A DNA stretch of 64,000 nt from Desulfopila sp. GTDB taxonomy: Bacteria; Desulfobacterota; Desulfobulbia; Desulfobulbales; Desulfocapsaceae. The notes below the pieces were generated by a model that saw only the letters and a program-made list of their open reading frames with translations, searched no databases and was not told the origin of the DNA. Below are positions 8,501-18,034 of this stretch, in pieces. Position 1 is the stretch's first letter. Each line of letters starts with the position of its first letter. Where the stretch lies: contig JBEPWT010000004.1 of assembly GCA_041642275.1 (NCBI GenBank), forward strand, positions 6,708 through 70,707, in the 5' to 3' direction. Position numbers and translations under genes: made by a program.

Positions 8501-10477
8501 TTACTCCGTCTCATTGGAGACGGCTTTTCGTTCTTCAATGCGAGCTTTCAGCCGCGGGAACTTATCAACATCGGTGTGCGGTATAAACATGGCGGCTATA
8601 TAATTGTCCATATAGGAAGGGGTTTCCGACAATTCAAAGTTGGTCATTTTTTTCGTGACCTCGACGACATCCTGACGTATACGGTTGGTGAGCGAGCTCA
8701 TCCTGGCTCCAAGAAGCGAACCGTTGCCGAGATAGGTCACCCGGGCTGGATCTGTTTCCGGCAGAAGCCCGATGGTCATTGCCTTTTCCAGGTCGATATA
8801 GCTGCCGAAACCGCCGGCGAGGATGATTTGCTCGATCATATCCACGGAGAGGCCGACCTCGTCGAGGAGCGTCATAAAGCCACTGTAGATTGCCGCCTTA
8901 GCCCTTATGAGATTGTCGATATCGATTTCGCTGATCGAGATATCCCGTCCTATCTGTGTTTCATCCTTCCAGGCAATAACATATTCCCAGACATCGTTAC
9001 GCTGCCTGATCCTGTCGGTTTTTATATCGGTATTGAATTTGCCGCTGCTGTCAATGATGCCCAACTCGTAGAGCACGGCGATCATGGTGATCAGGCCCGA
9101 ACCGCAGATACCCTTGGGTCTGACACTGCCGATGGTGATGATCATCGGCTCGAATGTCTGCGGATCTATCAGAAAATCCTCTATCCCCCCTTTTGCCGCC
9201 CGCATGCCGAACTCAACGCCTCCGCCCTCAAAGGCAGGGCCGGCGGAACAGGCGGCGCAGGCAAGCCAGTCCTTGTTGCCTATGACTATTTCGGCATTGG
9301 TGCCGATATCCATATACAGCGTCAACTCTTCCGTACGGTATAAGCCGGAACCCATGATACCAGCGACGATGTCGCCGCCGACATAACTCGAAATCTGCGG
9401 GTAAAGGAGAGCTATGGCGTGTTCATTGATGTTGATGCCTATGGATGCCGCCTGGAAAGGCGGATAGAGAGTAGCGGCGGGAACATAAGGCGACCTCCTG
9501 ATAAAGCTGGGATTAATACCCAGCAGCAGCTGGGTCATGGTGGTATTGCCGGCAATGGTGATGGTGGATATATCTTCTCTGTCAATTTGCGATTCATTGA
9601 AGATGATGTCGCAGGCTTCATTGATGGTGTCGATGATCAGCTGCTGCATCCTTGCCCGGCCTTCCGGCTTTTCGGCGACGATGATTCTGCTGATGACATC
9701 CTCTCCATAACTTATCTGTCCATTGAAAAGCCCCTTCTCCGCTTCGATTTTGCCGGTCTTCAGATTCATCAACTGGGCAAAAACCGTCGTGGTGCCGATA
9801 TCGAGGGCGATGGCATGGTTGTGATCGCTGGTGTCTCCTGCCTGTATATTGGTGACCCGGGTCTTGCCGTTTTCGCGTACCGGACGTACCAGCGTCGCCG
9901 TAACTTTAAATTCGTTTTCTCGTAGAATTTCAGGGAGCTTCCGAATGACCGGCATTGTCAGCTCGAGTTTGTGCCAGTCAGACTTTTCCTTGAGGGAGCG
10001 GACCAGTCGGTCAACATCGGCGAGGTTGTCATCGCTCGTTGGCGGCTGCAATTCCAGGTAGGTTTTTTTGACCGGGCTGATAAACAGCCCCTGCTCGCGA
10101 AGGTTTTCTATGTCCATATGCTGGACGGCGGCCGTGCAACGGGGAGGCGGTTTGACACTGAGAAGGCTCGAATCGACATCCGATTCGACCGGGATATGGA
10201 CGGTGATGCTTTCCTTGACAACAGCCAGACAGGCCAGTCGGTATCCTTTGGCAGCGTCTTCATCGGAGAGGCGTTCGCTGGTGCCTCCTTGCAGTTCGCC
10301 TTCTTTCAGAAGTACACGGCATTTACCGCATACACCCTCGCCACCGCAGGAAGCATTTATATGAACGCCGGCCTCCATGGCCACCTGTAACAGCTTTGTG
10401 CCTGGTTCGACCTCAATCTCTCGTTGATGTGGCAGAAAACGGACGGTGCATTTTTCCTTGCGTTCTTCCATGCTCAT
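8501..10477 (-). CDS. Corrinoid reductive activase (RACo-type: N-terminal 2Fe-2S ferredoxin + ASKHA ATPase domain)
   Basis: 658 aa. It has a plant-type 2Fe-2S motif (CGGEGVCGKCRV...LAC), then a large ASKHA-fold region (DIGTTTV..., DIGTNAEI...). It sits at the head of the acs cluster, as RACo-type corrinoid activase genes often do. Confidence 0.85.
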   Translation of the reverse strand: MSMEERKEKCTVRFLPHQREIEVEPGTKLLQVAMEAGVHINASCGGEGVCGKCRVLLKEGELQGGTSERLSDEDAAKGYRLACLAVVKESITVHIPVESDVDSSLLSVKPPPRCTAAVQHMDIENLREQGLFISPVKKTYLELQPPTSDDNLADVDRLVRSLKEKSDWHKLELTMPVIRKLPEILRENEFKVTATLVRPVRENGKTRVTNIQAGDTSDHNHAIALDIGTTTVFAQLMNLKTGKIEAEKGLFNGQISYGEDVISRIIVAEKPEGRARMQQLIIDTINEACDIIFNESQIDREDISTITIAGNTTMTQLLLGINPSFIRRSPYVPAATLYPPFQAASIGININEHAIALLYPQISSYVGGDIVAGIMGSGLYRTEELTLYMDIGTNAEIVIGNKDWLACAACSAGPAFEGGGVEFGMRAAKGGIEDFLIDPQTFEPMIITIGSVRPKGICGSGLITMIAVLYELGIIDSSGKFNTDIKTDRIRQRNDVWEYVIAWKDETQIGRDISISEIDIDNLIRAKAAIYSGFMTLLDEVGLSVDMIEQIILAGGFGSYIDLEKAMTIGLLPETDPARVTYLGNGSLLGARMSSLTNRIRQDVVEVTKKMTNFELSETPSYMDNYIAAMFIPHTDVDKFPRLKARIEERKAVSNETE

Positions 10478-10863
10478 ATTGTGATCACTTTTGATAGGTA
10501 CTGCGCTCTACACTGCTTCACAGCCGGCTCTCCCTGCATGCTTGTCAGAAAAAAGACCTGGTGCATCGAAGATGAACGTTCGTCTCCTTCTCCTCCCACC
10601 CGCCCTGAGCGGTGAGTTCTTCATCACCATGAGAAAAACCTTTTTTGGCTGCTCTCAAAGGGGTATGCCCTCTGCAGCACAAAAGAAATGCACCTGCTGT
10701 CTTTGTGAAAAGACCATAAATTGAAGGATACAAAGTAGCTATAACCTTTTCTGAGCATAAAAATCAATGCTTTTATAATAAAATTAGTTCTTGTTCAAAG
10801 ATTTTAAAAATAGTAGCATTCAATAATTAACATATCCGCTCACCCTTGACCCGGACCCCGCCC

Positions 10864-11451
10864 ATGGCCGCAAACGACACCATAAGCAACCAGGAGGCCG
10901 CTGAGCTCGAAGAGCTTCTGGCGAAAACCAAAAAAAAATCGGATTTCCAGCGGGTACAATGTATTTTACTGAGAGTACGCTACCACTTCAAGGCCTCCGA
11001 GGTAGCGGCAATGACAGGCCTGCGCCCTGGAACTGTGCGGCAGATCTGGTCTCTTTACAGGCGCGAGGGCAAAAGCGCGCTTTTCTGCAAGACCAGAGGA
11101 GGACGACGCAACGCCCATCTCGGCCGCGACGAGGAAAAGCTGTTTCTGAGGCCGTTTTTCAAGAAGGCCGAGCATGGCGGCGAACTCATTGTCTCCGAGA
11201 TACAGGAGGCCTACGAAACGCTTGTCGGCAAGAAGGTCCCCAAGTCCACTCTTTACAGGATGCTCTCACGCCACGGCTGGAAGCGCAAGCCCGGCAGATC
11301 GGCGAGACCTGAGGACAAGAGCGGCCCGCGCCCGGGAATGCATGAGTACTGGATCGAGGGATGCTCGCAGGTTCTGCACCCTGAACGCACGGGCAACATC
11401 TCACAACAGTGGCTCAACAGCACCCTTTCCAGCATGGTCAGACAAGACTGA
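10864..11451 (+). CDS. IS630-family transposase N-terminal (HTH / winged-helix) region only, with no DDE domain; remnant or domesticated regulator
   Basis: The pattern E..LE.LL...K....RV..ILL.....S..EVA...GL...TV.Q....Y...G......K.RGGR, followed by ST.YR.L.RHGW.RK, is the typical ORF1/N-terminus of IS630-type transposases. The ORF stops about 25 aa later, and only 176 nt remain before the next gene. The ATG at 10864 is preferred over the track's TTG at 10846. Confidence 0.6.
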   Translation: MAANDTISNQEAAELEELLAKTKKKSDFQRVQCILLRVRYHFKASEVAAMTGLRPGTVRQIWSLYRREGKSALFCKTRGGRRNAHLGRDEEKLFLRPFFKKAEHGGELIVSEIQEAYETLVGKKVPKSTLYRMLSRHGWKRKPGRSARPEDKSGPRPGMHEYWIEGCSQVLHPERTGNISQQWLNSTLSSMVRQD

Positions 11452-11627
11452 ACCCACTGGACCCAAAGCCCGAAAAACCCTCCGAAATGTGCTTTTTTGA
11501 ACGCTACTAATTATAAGAAACACGCCACTCTGGCATCAAAATAATTTATCCTTCCGTGGCGCACAAATACCATCGGTTATGACTACTTTGCACAACGCCG
11601 AAACGGGGTGACAGCGGCGGGCAAATC

Positions 11628-13328
11628 TCATTCGTGCTGCTGGATCGAGCGTTTCCGCAACTCGCTGCGTAACACCTTGCCGACGATGGTTTTGGGAAGC
11701 TCTCCGATAAATTCGATGCTGGTCGGCAGCTTGTATTTTGCCAGGCTCTGGCTGCAATAGTCGATAAGCTCCTTTTCGGTGGCTTCAGCGCCCTCGGCAA
11801 GAACGACGAAACTTTTAATCTGTTCGCCGCGGGTGGGATGGGGAATACCGACGGAAGATACCTCTTTTACCTTTGGGTGCAAAAATAATATCTCATCGAT
11901 TTCCCTCGGGTAAACGTTATATCCTCCGGAAATGACCATGTCTTTGATCCGGTCGACGATATAGAAGTAGCCGTCTTCATCCATTCTGGCAATATCACCC
12001 GTCCGCAGCCAGCCGTCATCGCTGAGAACATTTCTGGTCTCATCTTGCAAATGCAGATATCCCTGCATTACCTGCGGTCCCTTTACCAGCAGTTCGCCGG
12101 GCTGTCCCTGTTCAACTTCGACGGAGGGATCGGTTACGTCGACGATCCGACCCTGGGTGTCGGGAACGGGAATACCTATGCTTCCTGCTTTACGCACTCC
12201 GTTGAAGGGATTGATGTGGGTGACAGGAGAGCTTTCCGTAAGCCCGTATCCTTCAACGATGACGGCGCCGGTCATCTCTTCGAATTCGCGGATGACCTCG
12301 AGAGGCAAAGGAGCGCTGCCGGAGAAAAACCCCTTGAAGCACGTCATGTCGACCTTTTTGATGTCGGCGTGATTGATCATGCCGATATACATAGTCGGCA
12401 CCAGAGGACCGAAAGTGGGCTTGTATTTGCGAATCGTCTCCAGAAGTTTGGCAGGTTCCGGCTTGGGGACCAGTATGTTGCCCCAGGCCATATAGATGGC
12501 CAAATTCATAGCGGCACTGAGGCCGAAGACATGAAAAAAGGGCAAGGCGCCAATGAGAGCCTCCTGCCCTTTCTGCATATCAGGAAACCAGGCGGCAACC
12601 TGTTGCACCTGCCGACTCATATTGGAGTGTGAGAGAATAACGCCCTTGGCCCGGCCGGTCGTGCCGCCGGTGTATTGGTACATGGCCGGATCGTCGAGAC
12701 CGATGTCGACCGCTATATCCCGCGGTTTCGTGCGGTCAACGAGTTCGCCCCATAAATAGACGTTTTCTGCAGACTTGACCCTGGCCGCCAGCTTTTTGCG
12801 TTTGGCCACCAGGGGGAAAAGATAGTTCTGGGGAAACGGCAGATAATCACCAATGGAAGTGATGACAATCTGGCGGATACTGGTTTGGCTGCGCAGGTCG
12901 ATCATCCGGTTGCCCAACAGATCGAGGGTCACGAGGACGGTGAGCCCCGAATCGTTAAACTGATGCAGGAGTTCACGATCGGAGTACAGCGGACAGTTCA
13001 TCACAACTATCGCCCCCACCTTGAGAGCAGCATAATAGGCGACAACACAGGGAATGGTATTGGGCAGGAGCAGGCCCACCCTGTCGCCCTTGCCTATGCC
13101 AAAATCGGCGAGAACGGTGGCAAAAATGGAGACGAGACGATTCAGGTCTCTGTAACTCATCTCATATCCCTGAAACTGCAGGGCCATGTTCTTTGGAAAT
13201 GCCTCGGCACTTTTTTCCAGAAATTGCGGTAACAGCAGGTCCTCATAGTCGATGCTCTGCGGCACCCCTTCATCGTAAGAAGAAAACCAGGGACGCTCCT
13301 GCTCTTCAACCAATCCTTCCGTATTCAT
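11628..13328 (-). CDS. fadD: AMP-dependent acyl-CoA synthetase (long-chain fatty-acid-CoA ligase-like)
   Basis: It carries the AMP-binding signature YTGGTTGRAKGV and a C-terminal GWLRTGDIA...GYFYIVDRIKD motif. I moved the start to the ATG at 13328, which is preceded by AGGGAGAG. The track ORF begins at 13361. Confidence 0.85.
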   Translation of the reverse strand: MNTEGLVEEQERPWFSSYDEGVPQSIDYEDLLLPQFLEKSAEAFPKNMALQFQGYEMSYRDLNRLVSIFATVLADFGIGKGDRVGLLLPNTIPCVVAYYAALKVGAIVVMNCPLYSDRELLHQFNDSGLTVLVTLDLLGNRMIDLRSQTSIRQIVITSIGDYLPFPQNYLFPLVAKRKKLAARVKSAENVYLWGELVDRTKPRDIAVDIGLDDPAMYQYTGGTTGRAKGVILSHSNMSRQVQQVAAWFPDMQKGQEALIGALPFFHVFGLSAAMNLAIYMAWGNILVPKPEPAKLLETIRKYKPTFGPLVPTMYIGMINHADIKKVDMTCFKGFFSGSAPLPLEVIREFEEMTGAVIVEGYGLTESSPVTHINPFNGVRKAGSIGIPVPDTQGRIVDVTDPSVEVEQGQPGELLVKGPQVMQGYLHLQDETRNVLSDDGWLRTGDIARMDEDGYFYIVDRIKDMVISGGYNVYPREIDEILFLHPKVKEVSSVGIPHPTRGEQIKSFVVLAEGAEATEKELIDYCSQSLAKYKLPTSIEFIGELPKTIVGKVLRSELRKRSIQQHE

Positions 13329-13656
13329 ACGCTCTCCCTTATCAATTCCAGCTGTTGCCATCAGTATTCTCTATCATCAAGGCCCTTGCCCGCGGCTCGT
13401 CGCAGTCAACGCCGGTCAAGGCGATGGGTCCTGATTATCCTTGCAATTTCCTGCTGTTCTACATTATATGTGAGACCTGAGGCTTTTACAAGGATTCAAA
13501 AATTCATTTTGTCATTTTGTTCTCAACACCTTAGGCGCCCTGCCAGGCCCTATGCGTTGTGATCAAAGAAGAAGGCCCGGCGGGGCTGTCGAGCCTTTAT
13601 ATCTGAGAGGGCGCCTGTCCCAACTGGTGGTAAGGCGGCAACAGCAGAGATTCTCC

Positions 13657-13923
13657 ATGAAGAAGAAAAAGGTCCTCTTCGCCAATACAACATTCATCAT
13701 TGTCTCTGTGGCAATACTTGTCTTTCTTCTGCGGGCGCCGGAGGAGACGACTCCGGGGCTGCCAGACGATGAAGATCACCGTCTGTTTTTCACCATCAAG
13801 AGCAAGAAAGAGGCGGAAAAATTTTGCGGCGACTGCCATGCGGCGGGAAAGACAAGCCCCCTGCCCCAGCACCATCCACCGGAATATCGCTGCCTCTTTT
13901 GCCACAAACGCAACATGGAGTAA
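13657..13923 (+). CDS. Small membrane-anchored di-haem c-type cytochrome (putative)
   Basis: 88 aa counting from the internal ATG at 13657 (MKKKKVLF...). It has one N-terminal hydrophobic helix and two CXXCH motifs (CGDCH, CLFCH). The upstream part of the track ORF (13552-13656) looks non-coding. Confidence 0.6.
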   Translation: MKKKKVLFANTTFIIVSVAILVFLLRAPEETTPGLPDDEDHRLFFTIKSKKEAEKFCGDCHAAGKTSPLPQHHPPEYRCLFCHKRNME

Positions 13924-13959
13924 CTGCCTACTTTGCACAATCAGAACACTCCGTAGTCC

Positions 13960-16599
13960 TCACGCCAGACATTTCTCGACGATTTCATAGACATCAGCGG
14001 ACAGATCCTGCTGCGAGGCGATGAAGCGTATCTGCTCCTCCATCATCACTTGGTGTTTCTGGCAATACCTTCGGTAAGAGATATACGGTGTCATCAGTCT
14101 GGCGGCAATCTGGGGATTGAGACGATCCAGGGCCAGGATATTCTCCGTCAGGAACCTGTAGCCGGCCCCGCTCTCATCGTGAAAACGAGCATGATTCTGA
14201 GAGGTGAATGTGCCTATAAGCGCCCTTACCTTGTTTGGTTTTTCCATGGAAAAAGCCGGGTGGCCCATGAGTCCCTTGACGGTGTCCAGAGTGTTTTCCA
14301 GGGAGGAAGATGCCTGCAGTGCCAGCCATTTGTCTATGACGAGCGCATCATCTTTCCATCGTTCATAGAATCGGTCAAAGGCATCTCTGCTGGCAGCCGT
14401 ATCGATATGGGCAAGAGCCGAGAGTGCGGCCACGACATCGGTCATGTTGGTGTGTTGCCGGAATTGTCGCAGACACAGATTCATGGCCTGTTCATCATAG
14501 AGCGTCGGGGTCATCAGATAGCTCAGGCATCTGTTTTTCAGATTTCTTTTGCCTATCTCCTCCGGTGCCAGTGAGTAGCTGCGGTAATCGTCACATCTGT
14601 GAAACGTATCCCAGAATTCCTGCCGATAATGTCTCGCCAGTTCCTCTTTTACAAAAACAACGGCCCGGTGAAGCAGATTCGGTTCGATGGCCTCCATCAG
14701 CTGGGCTAGGTAGGTTTCCGACGGCAAAGTGAGCATCAGGGCGTTCAGGGCCAAATCTCTATGATCTCTGAAACAGACGGCATAGGACGTTTTTATCGTC
14801 TCATGGACAACCGGTGAAAGATTACGCTTAAGCATCGATACAGCCTCGAGCACGGTATCCGTGACCAGCGCATATGAAGCCTGCCAGCGATTAAAAAGAT
14901 TGTCATCGTTGACCATAAGAAAACAGAGTTCTTCACGGCTGTGAAAACGCCTGACCTTCACCGGCGCGGAAAAGTCCCGCAAAAATGAGAGGACGGGTTT
15001 GCTCTTCCAGGAAGGAAAAATAAATTTTTCTGTCTTTTCATGTAGCTGCAGCTGGCGGCTCTCTGAGCACAGCTGGCCGGATGAGATATCCGCGGCCTGC
15101 TCTTTTTCGCCGATAAGACCGATTTCCACCGGTATATGAAAGGGCTTTTTGTGCGGCTGGCCCGGAGTCGCCGGACAGTGCTGGGTTATAGTGAGAGTAT
15201 ACACCCCCTTGCTCTTGTTCCAGTCCTGGGCAACCTGCAGTTCAGGCGTTCCTGCCTGAGCGTACCAGCGGCTGAATTGCTGAAGATCTGCTCCCGAAGC
15301 TTCTGCCATGGCGGCGATAAAATCATCACAGGTTACAGCCTGGCCGTCGTGCCGGGCAAAATAGAGGTCCATGCCCCGGCGGAAGTGCTCCCAGCCAAGT
15401 ATCTTTTCCAACATCCTGATAACTTCCGCCCCCTTGTTGTAGACCGTTACCGTATAAAAGTTGTTGATTTCCACATAGGAGTCGGGGCGCACCGGATGGG
15501 CCATGGGACCGCTGTCTTCACGAAACTGATGGTTGAGAAGAATCTTGACGTCGTCTATGCGCTGAACGGCTCTCGAGTTCATGTCCGCGGAAAACTCCTG
15601 ATCTCGATACACCGTCAAGCCTTCCTTGAGACTCAACTGGAACCAGTCCCTGCAGGTAACCCTGTTGCCGGTCCAGTTGTGAAAATATTCATGGGCTATA
15701 ACCCCTTCGATACCGAGATAATCCTGGTCGGTCGCGCTTTCAGGCAATGCCAGAACATATTTGGAATTGAAGATATTCAAGCCCTTGTTTTCCATGGCGC
15801 CCATATTGAAATCGTCAACGGCGACGATCATGTATTTTTCCAGGTCATATTCAAGGCCGAATTTCTTCTCGTCCCATGCCATGGCCTTTTTCAGGGAAGC
15901 AAGGGCGTGCCGGCACCTGTTTCGATTCCGATGCTCGACATATATCTGCAGGGGAATGTGTCTGCCGGAAGCGCTCGCATAGCTGTCCTCCACACAGGCA
16001 AGATCACCGGCGACCAGGGCGAAAAGATAGGTTGGTTTGGGATAGGGATCGCGCCAGAGACTATAATGTCTTCCTGCGGGAAGATCGCCCTGGTCGACAC
16101 AATTGCCGTTGGAAAGCAGAACGGGGCAGAGCGCCTGGCCGGCCTCGATACGCGTAGTGAACAGTGCCAGCACATCCGGTCTGTCGAGGGAATAGGTAAT
16201 TCTTCTAAACCCTTCGGCTTCGCATTGAGTGCAGTAGGTTGAACCACTCATGTAGAGACCGCTCAAGGCGGTGTTTTTTTCAGGTGATATTGCCGTGCTG
16301 ATTTTCAGCGCAAAGCGTTCCGGCGGATCATGGATGACGAGAAATTTCTCATCGACGCTGTATTGCCCGGACTGAGGGGGCCGGCCGTCAATCTCCAGTG
16401 CTTTCAGTGTCAACTGTTCACCATTGAGACGCAGAGGGAGTTTTTCCGGGCCATACTCTGGATTGGCATAGAACACCGTGGTTGCCACCACTTCGGTATC
16501 CTCAGAGTCCAGACGGAAGAGAAGGTCTATCGATTCGACCAGGTGGGAGGGTGGTTGGTAATCTTTTCTGTAAATCGTTTTTTGCGTCTGTTTATCCAT
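13960..16599 (-). CDS. pepN: Aminopeptidase N (M1 family zinc metallopeptidase)
   Basis: 879 aa, with GAMEN and HEYFHNWTGNRVT...E zinc-binding motifs. Full-length PepN-like. Confidence 0.93.
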   Translation of the reverse strand: MDKQTQKTIYRKDYQPPSHLVESIDLLFRLDSEDTEVVATTVFYANPEYGPEKLPLRLNGEQLTLKALEIDGRPPQSGQYSVDEKFLVIHDPPERFALKISTAISPEKNTALSGLYMSGSTYCTQCEAEGFRRITYSLDRPDVLALFTTRIEAGQALCPVLLSNGNCVDQGDLPAGRHYSLWRDPYPKPTYLFALVAGDLACVEDSYASASGRHIPLQIYVEHRNRNRCRHALASLKKAMAWDEKKFGLEYDLEKYMIVAVDDFNMGAMENKGLNIFNSKYVLALPESATDQDYLGIEGVIAHEYFHNWTGNRVTCRDWFQLSLKEGLTVYRDQEFSADMNSRAVQRIDDVKILLNHQFREDSGPMAHPVRPDSYVEINNFYTVTVYNKGAEVIRMLEKILGWEHFRRGMDLYFARHDGQAVTCDDFIAAMAEASGADLQQFSRWYAQAGTPELQVAQDWNKSKGVYTLTITQHCPATPGQPHKKPFHIPVEIGLIGEKEQAADISSGQLCSESRQLQLHEKTEKFIFPSWKSKPVLSFLRDFSAPVKVRRFHSREELCFLMVNDDNLFNRWQASYALVTDTVLEAVSMLKRNLSPVVHETIKTSYAVCFRDHRDLALNALMLTLPSETYLAQLMEAIEPNLLHRAVVFVKEELARHYRQEFWDTFHRCDDYRSYSLAPEEIGKRNLKNRCLSYLMTPTLYDEQAMNLCLRQFRQHTNMTDVVAALSALAHIDTAASRDAFDRFYERWKDDALVIDKWLALQASSSLENTLDTVKGLMGHPAFSMEKPNKVRALIGTFTSQNHARFHDESGAGYRFLTENILALDRLNPQIAARLMTPYISYRRYCQKHQVMMEEQIRFIASQQDLSADVYEIVEKCLA

Positions 16600-16739
16600 T
16601 ATCCTTGATCCTGTTTGGATTTGCCCCAGGCGAGATTGATCGTTGACAGCGGCCGATATTCAATTATATTCTGCCCTATTCGTCACAATCTACACCCGCT
16701 CAGTGCCGCAGTCAAATTTCAACACCCACGAGACAAACC

Positions 16740-17963
16740 ATGATAACGATCAACGAGAACTACTTAAAGCTCAAGGCCTCCTACCTTTTCTCCGATATTG
16801 CCAAGCGGGTGGCCGCTTTCCAAACAGAGAATCCGGAAACCAAGGTCATCAAGCTGGGCATAGGCGATGTCACCAGGGGACTGCCGCCGGCCTGTGTCGA
16901 GGCCTTCCATAAGGGTGTCGATGAGATGGCCCACGACGCAAGCTTTCGCGGATACGGCCCCGAGCAGGGATATGACTTTCTCCGCAGAGCCATTGCGGAA
17001 AATGACTTTCAGGCCCGCGGCGCCGAGATTGCAGAAGATGAAATCTTCGTCAGCGACGGGGCAAAATGCGATACCGGCAACATCCAGGAACTTTTCAGTA
17101 AAGATATAACCGTGGCAATCCCCGATCCGGTGTATCCCGTCTACCTCGACACCAACGTCATGGCCGGGCGTACCGGCGACTCTGTTAATGGCCGCTACGA
17201 AGGAATCGTCTACCTCGAGGCCACCAGGGATAACGGCTTCGTTCCCCAACTGCCCCGGCAGAAAGTAGACCTTGTGTACCTCTGTTTCCCTAATAATCCA
17301 ACCGGTTCCACCGCCACCAGGGAAGAATTGAAGGCCTGGGTGGACTATGCGCGGGAAAACCAGGCGCTGATCCTTTTCGATGCCGCCTACGAGTCCTTTA
17401 TACGCGACAGCAGTCTGCCGAAGTCAATATTCGAAGTGGAGGGTGCCCGCGAGGTCGCCATCGAATTCCGAAGCTTCTCCAAAAGTGCCGGTTTCACAGG
17501 CACCCGCTGCGCCTATACCGTTGTTCCCAGAAATTGCCGGGCATTTGATGCCCAGGGACGCAGTCACAATCTTCACACTCTGTGGAACCGCAGACACTGC
17601 ACCAAGTTCAACGGTGTCTCCTACCCCGTTCAGCGCGCCGCCGAGGCGGTATACAGCGATGAAGGCAAGGCCCAGACGGCGGAGCTCATCAGCTATTACC
17701 TCCGTAATGCCGATTTGATCTGCAGTGAAGTCGAAGCGCTTGGCTACAGTTATGCCGGCGGCAAAAACTCGCCCTATATCTGGGTGGACGGCCAAAGAGA
17801 CAGCTGGAGTTTCTTCGATATGCTCCTCAACAAAGCCGGCGTAGTCTGCACGCCGGGCGCAGGTTTCGGCAGCTGCGGCGAGGGCTATATCAGAATCTCC
17901 GCCTTCAACAGCTTTGAAAATGTCAAGGAGGCGATGGCGAGGATCGCCCGGCAGCTGCAGTAG
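16740..17963 (+). CDS. dapL: LL-diaminopimelate aminotransferase
   Basis: 407 aa. The N-terminus [15 protein letters not shown]...V and the PLP-aminotransferase body are typical of DapL. Confidence 0.88.
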   Translation: MITINENYLKLKASYLFSDIAKRVAAFQTENPETKVIKLGIGDVTRGLPPACVEAFHKGVDEMAHDASFRGYGPEQGYDFLRRAIAENDFQARGAEIAEDEIFVSDGAKCDTGNIQELFSKDITVAIPDPVYPVYLDTNVMAGRTGDSVNGRYEGIVYLEATRDNGFVPQLPRQKVDLVYLCFPNNPTGSTATREELKAWVDYARENQALILFDAAYESFIRDSSLPKSIFEVEGAREVAIEFRSFSKSAGFTGTRCAYTVVPRNCRAFDAQGRSHNLHTLWNRRHCTKFNGVSYPVQRAAEAVYSDEGKAQTAELISYYLRNADLICSEVEALGYSYAGGKNSPYIWVDGQRDSWSFFDMLLNKAGVVCTPGAGFGSCGEGYIRISAFNSFENVKEAMARIARQLQ

Positions 17964-18034
17964 ATCGCTGCTAAGAAGTATCATGTCGGAGACAAATACC
18001 GGCCTGCCAACACACATCAGGGAGGCCGGAAAGC

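Noticed and set aside
13428-13445. CTGATTATCC in the fadD/cytochrome spacer, matching the first 10 nt of the repeat-family end motif.
   Set aside because: Only 10 nt match, and the diagnostic TGAAACTCAGC part is absent. This is compatible with chance.
15136-16242. Other long shadow ORFs: 15136-16242 opposite pepN, 19898-20944 opposite hisHF, 30447-31388 opposite parE, 37595-38725 opposite the CheB-like gene and nadD, 39272-40222 opposite proA, 53361-54059 and 54029-54820 opposite folD, and 59058-60584 opposite priA.
   Set aside because: - Each lies opposite a gene with strong homology-type evidence.
- None shows motifs of its own.
- Several run across real gene boundaries.
17990-18030. A hairpin (CCGGCCT...AGGCCGG) between convergent dapL and ispH, considered as a terminator.
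   Set aside because: It has a 7-bp stem with a 17-nt loop and no clear U-tract on either strand, so support is insufficient.
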